DNA of 63,986 bases, counting the filler, from Octopus bimaculoides (Eukaryota): NCBI RefSeq assembly GCF_001194135.2. It is 5 parts of 2 records of this genome, joined end to end, with 100 filler letters (N's around TTAATTAATTAA, not from the genome) between each part and the next. Parts side by side here need not be neighbours in the genome. Positions count along the whole stretch, not along the records: positions 1 to 25,881 come from NC_068986.1; 4 more parts are not named here. One strand, written 5' to 3'. The position numbers and the translations under genes were made by a program. The notes beneath the pieces are model-generated. The model saw nothing but the letters and a program-made list of their open reading frames with translations. It ran no database searches and was not told where the DNA came from. Positions within the stretch are counted from its first letter, which is position 1; the number at the start of each line of letters is the position of its first letter. This document shows, in pieces, positions 11,324 to 21,479 of the stretch.

Positions 11324-11572
11324 ACTCAACTATGTGCTGGACAAGCAGTCGATAAGAGCTTGCCACAGCTGACAAAGTAAAGTGTTGATTTTTGCCAGCT
11401 GCATGTGTGTCATGTTTTTCACTGGCTCAAGCCAAATCCTAGGTGAATTGAGAGTAGTCTATCTATGCTGGAGGCGTGGAATTTCGAGGAAAAAATTATA
11501 AGACAAAAACGTCCTAAGTGAAAGAGAGCACACATGTCAAATTCGGTTGAAAATTGTAGAAGTGGTTCACAC

Positions 11573-11614
<42 letters not shown>

Positions 11615-11916
11615 CAACTTGCCTTTTAATATATAAGATATACAGATACACACACACACACACATACATTTGTATATATATCTTTCTTCTGGCCATTTCA
11701 TCATGTTGAACTATTAATCCTTACACATTTTCTCTCTCTCCATTTTTTTCCCTCTCAATCATTTCTGTCAAAGACTTTTGCATTCTTCTGGAACATTAAA
11801 CTAATACACCTGTTTGTTGTTCATTCACCTGTCTTTGTCTTTTGTTTTCTGTAAATCTGAACTACACACACACACATACGCACACACACACACACGCGCA
11901 TACACACACATGCACA

Positions 11917-11958
<42 letters not shown>

Positions 11959-12880
11959 AGAATTCTTTACAGCTTTCACTGTGGGACATTCTGTTTGTCA
12001 TTGTCAACTGGAGATCACAATAATTTTGGTATTCCAAATGTATAGTTTCATACACTGGTGCAGAGCAGCATTGATGCTATCAGAGAATGAATGTTTGAGT
12101 CCTTTTAACTCTCATTGTTGCATGCTTTTTCATCTATTATCCATCCAGGAAGTACAGTTGGTTCTGTACTTATGATATGTTTCTACTAACATACTCTGCC
12201 TGTAGCAGTAATTTTATTTATCTTGTGAATAATTGTGTTGCTGATTACACTGACTCATAGTATTAACAATGGCAAAATTGGTAAGGGAGCAATTTGAGCA
12301 ACTTGGCTGTAAAAAATACTACATAAAGTATTTTTTTAAAAGCTGTGCATATGATGTTCTAGAGTTCAACAAATTTCTTCCATGAGACAGATTTCTCAGG
12401 CTATTTACCTACAAATTCTGACTGTGTTTAGAAGCCTGTTTGTGAGCAGTTCTTTTTGTCAATGAAAATGAATAAATCTGTATTGCATTTGATACTTACT
12501 GATGAAAAGTTTACAATCTCTGTTTTAAAATTTGCAAATGTACATGATTTGAAACCAAATATAGAATCTCTGGTTGCTGTAAAACATTGCCAAAATTCTT
12601 CTTCAACTTGAACTAACTGATATAAAAGACTCCATTAACAACAATAAGGACTACTTGCATATTTAACCCTAGTTGGAAATCTGACGTTCACTAGGAATAT
12701 GTTTTGATTTATATTTATTTAATTATCAGTCTTGTATATCCAAAAAGAATAGCTGCTGAAATTATAACACCTATCCCCCACTATGTTACATACTCATTCT
12801 TTGCTTGTTGAGCCTATTCAATACATAATGGCTTTTTCTTTCTGCAGGACGGGGAGAGAGAGAGAGAGAGAGAGAGAGAC

Positions 12881-12951
<71 letters not shown>

Positions 12952-12998
12952 ATAGAGTTAGATACAGTTCTGTATTTAAGGGATGAGGAATTCTGTAT

Positions 12999-14231
12999 AT
13001 TATTTACATTCGACGGATATTTGTTCTCATCTTGTTTGTTGTTAACACAACATTTCGGCTGATATACCCTTCAACCTTCTTCAGGTGTCTTGGGGAAATT
13101 TCGAACCTGGGTTCTCATTCCTAAGGTATTTTTCGATGTTATTATTATTATTATTATTAGTGTTCAGGTTGCTGATTGAAATCGAACTCAGAATCTTGGG
13201 GTTAGTAGCCACACTTAACCACTACGCCATATGCCCGTGGGCAATTATTGAGTGAATTTTTCTATCCTTCCTTAATACGGGTTCCCATATGCTGCTCATA
13301 CATTTCACAATGGAAAAGGAAAAAGACAATCAGCTGGCATTCCTGGATGTATTAATAACACGCACCAAGTATGGATTCAGGACATCCGTATACTGCAAGC
13401 GAACCTTCACTGGACGATACCTCAACTTCAATTTCCACCATTCATACAGTGTAAAGAGAGGGATTGCTCAGTGCCTAAAACATCATGCAAAGAATATAAG
13501 TAGCGATCGTGATACACGCCACGAAGAAATGATCAAGCTCAATAACGATCTATTAAGCAACAACTACCCCAAAAGTATACTATCCACTCCAATTATGAAG
13601 AAGAGAGAGGATGAGGCCAATAAACTGTCCACAGTCTGTCTACCCTATGTGAAAGGCCTCTCCGAAAAGATACAAAAGATATGCGGCCCATATGACATCA
13701 GGACAGTATTCAAGAGTAATACAACACTTTGCAAATATCTCCTTCGAGTAAAACCACCAATAGAAGAGAATATGACCAAAGACTGCGTGTACTCCATCCC
13801 ATGCAGCTGTGGTAGGTTATACAAAGGCAAAACATGCTGCCCCCTCAAAATAAGAGTAGACAAATATCGCAAAGCTGTGACATGAGGAGATATTGATAAA
13901 TCATGTATAGCTGATCATGTATGGAAAAATGGAGACCACCTCCCCCTGTGGGATGAAGCTAAAATAATAGACAGAGAACACCACTGGAAAATATGAAAAC
14001 TGAAAGAAGCAGCATATATGCTAGGACACAACCACCTCCTAAGCAGACCGAGTGCAGATATGAATAGCATATGGGAACTGGTATTAAGAAAGGATAGAAA
14101 AATATTAGATTTATAAGCCCTAAAATTCACTCAATAATTGCCCACGGGCATATGACGTAGTGGTTAAGAGTGCGGGCTACTAACCCCAAGATTCCGACTC
14201 CACATTATAAAAATAAAACTACTGAACAATG

Positions 14232-14291
<60 letters not shown>

Positions 14292-14409
14292 TCGAAAAAT
14301 ACCTTAGGAATGAGAATCCAGGTTCGAAATTTTTCCAAGACACCTGAAGAAGCCGAAACGTGTTAACAACAAACAAGATGAGGACAAATATCCATTGAAT
14401 GTAAATAAT
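12999..14409 (+). mobile_element. 5'-truncated Penelope (Poseidon-type) element with inverted pseudo-LTRs
   Basis: FTMEKEKDNQLAFLDVLI..VYCKRTFTGRYLNF, LPYVKGLSEKI, GIY-YIG-like VYSIPCSCGRLY; inverted repeats 12999-13260 and 14122-14409. Confidence 0.92.
13044..13090 (-). ncRNA. Minimal type I hammerhead ribozyme motif in the Penelope pLTR
   Basis: agacac CTGAAGA a ggttga-loop-tcagcc GAAA tg tt gtgtt; helix I and II pair; the helix III C appears mutated to T; the partner copy at 14338-14364 keeps GAAACG but lost helix II. Confidence 0.7.
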
Positions 14410-16147
14410 GTAAATAATAGATAGAGTTAGTTTCTTGACTGCTTTCATGATAAGAGATATGTTCGAATAGAAGATCAGCCATACCTATCACTATCCCAAA
14501 ATTTGGAATCTATTCCTTACAATAATGTAAAATAATGTTACAAAACAGCAAAATGTATGTAGTGGATTTGAATTAGTGATACATGAGATGCTAGTCTAAT
14601 ACATATTATCCACTCAACCATTTTATTTCTATCAATATCTGTAATAGGAAATCCTGGTAAATCATGTAAGATACCAGTGCATGATGAGTTTAATGAAGTG
14701 GGGTTCTTGCACTTAAAGCAATTACACAACTCATATCAGACAAAAGGCCTAAGCAATAGAATGTCTTTCTGATGCCTTCCCTGGTACTGACAGGAAGTCT
14801 TGAATGAAAACACTGCAAACTAACAAAGTCCAGCTAGGTGAAGTGAATCAGTGAGAATTAAATGTTGGACGAAATGCAGCATTGGTAAGGAGATTTGAAC
14901 CATTGATATTTTGAATGGTAGGCTGACATATCAATATAATTAGAAAGTCAAATGTTAATAAACCAGATGAAACATTTGCATGTATCATCCTGTCACATCC
15001 CCCATGGTATTGGTCATTGGAAAAAAACATCATCATCATAATCATAGGTTTCAGTAACATCAGAAATATCATCATCATCATCATCATCATAATCTCTGAA
15101 ACTATCTTTTGGTAGTTATCATCATTCACACTATCGTTATCATCTTCCTTACCTTGATCACTGCCAATATTATCATCATCTACATCCCAACGACTCCCAT
15201 CACAGAGTCATCATCATCATTGTTGTCATCAATGTCATCATCATCATTGTAGTCAGCAGTATCATTGTTGTCATCATCATTGTTATCATCATCCTCTTTA
15301 GTGATGACAATGAGGATAATAACCCTGATGATGAAGATGATGTCAACAATGATAAACATGAATGGTGATGACAATGATGGGATAATGATGATGGCAATAA
15401 AAGTGATAGTAATGCNNNNNNNNNNNNNNNNNNNNNNNNNNNNNNNNNNNNNNNNNNNNNNNNNNNNNNNNNNNNNNNNNNNNNNNNNNNNNNNNNNNNN
15501 NNNNNNNNNNNNNNNNNNNNNNNNNNNNNNNNNNNNNNNNNNNNNNNNNNNNNNNNNNNNNNNNNNNNNNNNNNNNNNNNNNNNNNNNNNNNNNNNNNNN
15601 NNNNNNNNNNNNNNNNNNNNNNNNNNNNNNNNNNNNNNNNNNNNNNNNNNNNNNNNNNNNNNNNNNNNNNNNNNNNNNNNNNNNNNNNNNNNNNNNNNNN
15701 NNNNNNNNNNNNNNNNNNNNNNNNNNNNNNNNNNNNNNNNNNNNNNNNNNNNNNNNNNNNNNNNNNNNNNNNNNNNNNNNNNNNNNNNNNNNNNNNNNNN
15801 NNNNNNNNNNNNNNNNNNNNNNNNNNNNNNNNNNNNNNNNNNNNNNNNNNNNNNNNNNNNNNNNNNNNNNNNNNNNNNNNNNNNNNNNNNNNNNNNNNNN
15901 NNNNNNNNNNNNNNNNNNNNNNNNNNNNNNNNNNNNNNNNNNNNNNNNNNNNNNNNNNNNNNNNNNNNNNNNNNNNNNNNNNNNNNNNNNNNNNNNNNNN
16001 NNNNNNNNNNNNNNNNNNNNNNNNNNNNNNNNNNNNNNNNNNNNNNNNNNNNNNNNNNNNNNNNNNNNNNNNNNNNNNNNNNNNNNNNNNNNNNNNNNNN
16101 NNNNNNNNNNNNNNNNNNNNNNNNNNNNNNNNNNNNNNNNNNNNNNN

Positions 16148-16378
16148 CACATAAAAGACACCATTTCGAGCGTGGCCGTTTTCGTGCGGGTGACACGTAA
16201 AAGCACCCACTACACTCTCTGAGTGGTTGGCGTTAGGAAGGGCATCCAGCTGTAGAAACTCTGCCAAATCAGACTGGAGCCTGGTGTTGCCATCCGGTTT
16301 CACCAGTCCTCAGTCAAATCGTCCAACCCATGCTAGCATGGAAAGCGGACGTTAAACGATGATGATGATGATGATGAT
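16148..16378 (+). mobile_element. Young RTE 3'-tail copy
   Basis: Near-identical to 25660-25881 (reverse) and 35440-35630; (GAT)n tail; 5' side lost in an N gap. Confidence 0.9.
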
Positions 16379-16676
16379 TGAATGATGTTGACAGCATAAC
16401 AATGACATTGCATCAATAATCTTAATGGAAACAATGATGAGGATGACGATGATGACAGCAGTGACAATAATAAAGCTATTGATGCTACTATGGCTGCTGC
16501 TGATAATATATTGTGATAATGATGTTAAGATGATGATGATGATTATGAGGAAGAGGAGGAGTGGATAATAATGATCATGTTACATTCATTGCCATTATCT
16601 TTGGCTGCCAATTGAATCATTAATGTTTGAATATTTTAAAGAACCAGACCATAAATTCTTTGACAATTAAACTTAC

Positions 16677-16799
16677 CAACACACTGCTTCCCATTCTCCA
16701 CCAGTCTGTAGCCTGTTCTACATCGACATTGATAACTTCCAATAAAATTCTCACATAGATGTTGACAGTCACCGTTTTCAGTTAAACATTCATCAATAT
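16677..16799 (-). CDS. Internal coding exon encoding one calcium-binding EGF domain of an unidentified host gene
   Basis: Acceptor ttgctttcttgttcag|, donor G|gtaagt; 123 bp, phase 1-1; DIDECLTENGDCQHLCENFIGSYQCRCRTGYRLVENGKQCV has six Cys and the cbEGF consensus. Confidence 0.92.
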
Positions 16800-16930
16800 C
16801 TGAACAAGAAAGCAACAAAATAATTGCAAAATTATTACAAGCAGTATTTACTTAACAATAACAGTACTAAAAACAACCTCAACAATACCAAAAACAACAA
16901 CAACAACAGCAGCAGCTGCTGCTGCTGCTG

Positions 16931-16975
<45 letters not shown>

Positions 16976-16977
16976 AA

Positions 16978-17480
16978 AATTTGATAGTTTCAGGTAAATT
17001 TCTACTGCATCACCTGCTACACTTCTGTGCTTACTTGGGTGTGTGCAGCATTGTGCGTTCCTTTTTTGTTTTTGGGGTAGTGCAAACTCTTCCTGGTATT
17101 GTGTTGTGTCAGATTGTTTTGTTATGGGGTCTGGTTGCAGTCTTTTGTTATATTAGTGTTTGTATTGTGTACTGTGTGTGTAATGCAAGTTGTGTTCTGT
17201 TGGGTATCCTGCCTGTAGAATACATGTTGTGGTGGCTATTTATTTTATTGGATATTTACTGTATAGAGTGTCTTATGTTTGCAGATTGTTTTGCTTGGGT
17301 CTTGTTATTGAATTGATAGTGTCTTGCATAAGATGTGGGCTGTTTCTATCAGGGCTATTTTTTTGATATTGTGTAGTGTTGAGGGTCCAGGTACAGCTTT
17401 TTTGTTTTTGTTCACGTTTTTTTTTTTATCTCACTTAATCCTCCAATTATTACTGGTATTGTTTTCACCTTCATGCCCTA
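16978..17480 (-). mobile_element. R4/Dong-like LINE 3' fragment (endonuclease C-terminus plus 3' UTR)
   Basis: MKVKTIPVIIGGL..PGPSTLHNIKKIALIETAHILCKTLSIQ* ending at 17305; AC-rich UTR ending in (TAG)n. Confidence 0.7.
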
Positions 17481-17680
17481 GGATGGCAAGCTGGCAGAAT
17501 TACTGGAGCATTGGGAAAATGTCTTGCAGTATTTAAGTTCAAATTCTGTTGAGATCAACTTAACCTTTCATTGCTCCAGACTATAGAATAAAGTTCCAGC
17601 CAAGTACTGGGGTTGATGGTATCAACAAATTTTTTCCTCTCAAAATGACTGGTCTTGTGTCTAAATTGAAAACCCTTGTA
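17480..17680 (+). mobile_element. Decayed tRNA-derived SINE (family B)
   Basis: ggcaagctggcagaat head and ttcaaattc..ctttcat..gtactggggttgat body; related copies at 18925 and 38745. Confidence 0.6.
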
Positions 17681-17689
17681 TAACTATTA

Positions 17690-18780
17690 CATGCTTCTTT
17701 AGTTAGCAGTGGAGTGGTGGTGGATGTCTTGATGCTTAGTGACCACATGTCTCTTTAAATCTCTTAAATCTTTCTCAGGATTCTTGCAGAATCCAGGGTG
17801 GCACTTTTCTGCAGGTTGACAATGAATGTCTGAATTCCAATATCTCTCAACCTGCCAAGCACACCAATTACCACAGGAACAATTGTCACATGTGTCTTCC
17901 ACAATCTTTTCATTTCCCTGGTTAGGTCCTGATTTTTTTCCAATTTTCTCAATTTCTTTGGTATCCATTGTCATATGATATTGAAAAATCTATGATCTTA
18001 CATTGTTCGTTTCTTTTGTTCTGTACAATTATCTCTGGTCTTCTTGCCTCACCACAACCTTTGGCTTGTGTTCATATCACTTTTCTGTTACTTTGAATCC
18101 ACAGACTTGGTTAACATCCTAATGAACTCTTTTACCAACACATTCATGTCTATGCTTATTCTCTTTTTGTGCTAGCTTTCTGCATTTACCATCTCTTAAA
18201 GATGGGTAACACTTTTGTTTCCTTTTCCTCAGATTCTGTGTTTGCTCACAGAAGTCTTTGTCTCTATCAAGTTCATTCTTAAAACTTGTAATTGTGTGCT
18301 ATAATTATGCTTCATTTTTCTCATTTCAAGTTTATATCTGCCAGCCACAGATATAAATGAGTGTTCTTTACTTCCAACAGCCTCAGTTTGTTGCATGAAT
18401 TGGCTGTGTAATTCTTTCTCTTTCCAGCTATTTGTCATATTGTTCTTTCTTCTGTTTTTGAATTCTTTTATAGTTTCAGAAAAATTTTGGATATTTCTGG
18501 CTGCAAACAACATTCTTTACTCACTGCACACAACATAGTTTTTCAAACCCAGTACTGATGGTGTCTTTTGCATTTGTTAAGCCTTTATCTCTTTCTTTCT
18601 TGATAGGTAGAGCCTGTCAATATTACTTTTAGGATGGTGCACATTATGTATTGTAAGAAGCTTCCTAATTCTTTTAATTCTTGTAGCTCAGTCTTTGTCA
18701 ATTTTAGAAAACGAGAAGAGAATCTTAATATTCGCATAGTCATGTGTTCCTTGCTTTGATAATATTTCTTCCATTTTTCT
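17690..18780 (-). mobile_element. R4/Dong-like LINE fragment (post-RT region, zinc knuckle remnant, restriction-like endonuclease)
   Basis: RKLLTIHNVHHPKSNIDRLYL, WKEKELHSQF, KLAQKENKHRHECVGKRVH, RPEII, KRLWKTHVTIVPVVIGVLG, LQKSATLDSARILRKI. Confidence 0.85.
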
Positions 18781-18784
18781 TAGA

Positions 18785-18920
18785 GTGGTTGGCGCTAGGA
18801 AGGGCACCCAATCGTAGAAACCATACCAAATCAGATTGGAACCTGGTGCAGCTCCCTAGCTTACCAGTTCTCACACCGTCCAACCCATGCCAACATGGAA
18901 ATGAACATTAAATGGTGATT
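18785..18920 (+). mobile_element. RTE 3'-tail copy (short)
   Basis: gagtggttggcgctaggaagggcacccaatcgtagaaac..ccaacccatgccaacatggaa. Confidence 0.8.
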
Positions 18921-18924
18921 ATTA

Positions 18925-19150
18925 GGGTGGCGAGCTGGTAGAATCATTAGCACACAAGGCACAATGCTTGGCATTTTGTCCATCATTATTTTCTGAGTTC
19001 AAATTGCTCCAAGGTCAACTTTGCCTTTCATCCTTCCAAGGTCAATGAAGTAAATCTCAGTTGAACACTGGAGTCAGTGTTATTGGTTTAACCCCTTCCC
19101 CTAAAATTCAGACATGTGCTCATAGTAGAAAGGATTATTATTATTATCAT
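18925..19150 (+). mobile_element. tRNA-derived SINE (family B)
   Basis: A-box-like ggtggcgagctggtagaat, B-box-like gagttcaaatt, (TTA) tail. Confidence 0.7.
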
Positions 19151-19787
19151 TGAGTGAGAGAGCAGGGCATGCCATCAAAGTGACACTGGGGTAAAATATA
19201 CGAAGCCCATTATACCCATCATGACTACCCATCTGATAAGGGTACACCAGGTACATGCATCACAACCATATGTGCCCAACATGGTGATCTCATATCAAGA
19301 TAAACAGTACATGACCTTGTAGGTGGGGCCCAGTTAGAATTTTCTTCAGGTCGAGTAGCCCATTCCGCTCAAAAGGTTCCTGAATAAGGTTTGTTTAANN
19401 NNNNNNNNNNNNNNNNNNNNNNNNNNNNNNNNNNNNNNNNNNNNNNNNNNNNNNNNNNNNNNNNNNNNNNNNNNNNNNNNNNNNNTTAAGGATGTTGAGC
19501 AAAACACCCATGTTTCCAAAGGTGAATTATTCAAACCCCAAAGAATTCCTCTCAACACATGGCTATGATGCTCCCCCACTACTTCTGCTCATGATCAGAG
19601 ATGCACATATCGTCAGCCACCAAGGGACATGCTCAACTGGTTAAGGTCAAACAACTGACAAGCAAATCTGTGGTATTGAGCAGAATATTTGCTGTAGTTC
19701 TTCTTTTTATACCAAGACAAAACAATGTACATGATAACACTTTCAATCAATTAAGATCAGAAGCCATGAGAGCCACTGCCTGGTATG

Positions 19788-19800
<13 letters not shown>
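19150..19800 (+). mobile_element. Unclassified interspersed repeat with (TTA)n tail (probable LINE 3' end or SINE)
   Basis: Clear homology to the reverse complement of 45940-46460. Confidence 0.6.
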
Positions 19801-19818
<18 letters not shown>

Positions 19819-19821
19819 GTT

Positions 19822-20030
19822 CAGTAGTTTTATTTTTATAACGTGCTTTCACTTCACTACCGAGCGCAGCTCTGTGCACCTTGGGTATGTGCTTTGGTTT
19901 GCTGTGGTGCTCTTATATTTACTGTATTGAAAGTGTTTTGTGTAGAATGTGTACAGTACCCAGTAGTGCAATTTTCTGTATGTTATATATATGTTTGTAA
20001 GTCCTGGTGTTTTTGTTATGTATTTGTCTG
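19822..20030 (-). mobile_element. Short retroposon 3' end flanked by (ATT)n on both sides (R4/Dong-like UTR by inference)
   Basis: Ends ttataaaaataaaactactgaacaataataat; the same terminus occurs at ~14200-14240; resembles the UTR at 16980-17300. Confidence 0.45.
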
Positions 20031-21479
20031 TATTATTATTATTGTTATTATTATTATTATTATTATTAATGAAAGCAACAGCGACAAGAACAACAACAAT
20101 AATTCTGCTGAGACCATGAAGTACTGAGGTAGTACCCAGCATGGTTATGGTTGTCTTATGAGGGATGTCATAATGTTATAAATATGGATATATTATGATG
20201 AAGAGGAAGAAGAGGAGAAAGAGGGGGAAGAGGAAGAGGAAGGAGAGAAGCTTTGATTGGCACTTTCCTAGCAATGGTATACCAGAAAACAAATCAGCAA
20301 AATAACTTGTGGGAGTGTCATCTTTAAACATACTCTGAAATCATAAAGTACTGAGTTGGCTTCTGGTAGGGTTAAATTTGTCACAATAAACTAGAGAACA
20401 TTAACTATGCAAATGAGACTGGTCCCTTAGGTGAAATTGTCATGTCCAGCAGGTGTGCTGTCTTAGAGCATGTGGTACCTAACCATCATCTAGCAATTGT
20501 TTGAAGAAGGAAAGATGGAGAAAGGATGATTATGCGGTTTTGTTTTGATGGGATGCTGTTTGAGAGCTAGGAATGAAAAAAACATGTTGATAGAAAAACG
20601 AAAGTATGTTTGATGTGACAAAGTAGGTTAATGAACCAAGCACTGGGTCTAAAAATATTGGTTGCCAAAAGACTAAGGGGGTCCACCTGCAACTACAATG
20701 CTATCATTTAATCTTTATAATGAATAAATAAAATTTTCAAAAAATACATAGTTGGAAACAAAAAGGTGCAATTCAAATTTTTATGAAAAAATGTACATTT
20801 TTCTATAATTACAATGTACATGTGCTGTACATATTACTGGCAGTATACAGTAATACCAATTGTAAATTCAGAATGAATTTTTAAATAAGTGTTTTGGTGA
20901 ATATATAGTATACTATATATTCACCAAAACATTTTGGAAGTGTACTGTTATTTTGAAAATTTTTAACCAAACTGAAATAAAGACCATCAATTATTTTTAA
21001 TGAAGACTTTTTACTGTCAAAGAGATGGCTATGTTTTCTTATGAAAATCACAGCATTGTAACCAATACCACATCCTCATACATATACATCATTTGTTTGT
21101 TTGTTTGCTCTTTACGAAAGAGATTTCTTTCAAACAACTTGTTCATATATTGTTTCTAATTAAACATACATATGCCACTTCGATTGCTCCAGCCTATCTA
21201 AAAACAATGGATAAGTTTACATGATTTTGATTTCTTCTACTTTTAATATTTTATTTCCCTCTATTATTCTTTTTCCCCTGCTCTTGCCATTACTTTTTTT
21301 TATAAAACACTTATAACATTTTCAAAATAGCAGTATATTATACATGTACCAAGATTTTAAAGTTTTAAGTAATTGGTGGATATTTTTAAATAGTTTGCTT
21401 GTACTGCACACTTTACAAAACAGATAGTTAAAATGTACAAAACTTGTATTACATGCAGTCCACTATATTAAGAGCAATC

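Larger units (their letters stand above)
6180..11638 (-). mobile_element. Non-autonomous Helitron (upstream unit) carrying a nested ~3.8 kb insert
   Basis: 5' A|TCTTATATATTAAAAGGCAAGTTG at 11638; 3' hairpin CCCGAGCAACGCCGGG (6192-6207), 8 nt, then CTAG (6180-6183); helicase fragment 6983-7187; ETxxQRxxRL-like repeats 6720-6950. Linking the two termini as one element is inferred. Confidence 0.65.

Noticed and set aside
13175-13236. Genuine tRNA genes here or at SINE heads (28796, 18925)
   Set aside because: A and B boxes are present but there is no complete cloverleaf or acceptor stem; these are retroposon-derived
15180-16303. Long ORFs in the track spanning N runs (also 24393, 47475, 52010, 53091, 57569-59113)
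   Set aside because: Their length comes from X codons in gaps; only the PLE part of 57569-58268 is meaningful
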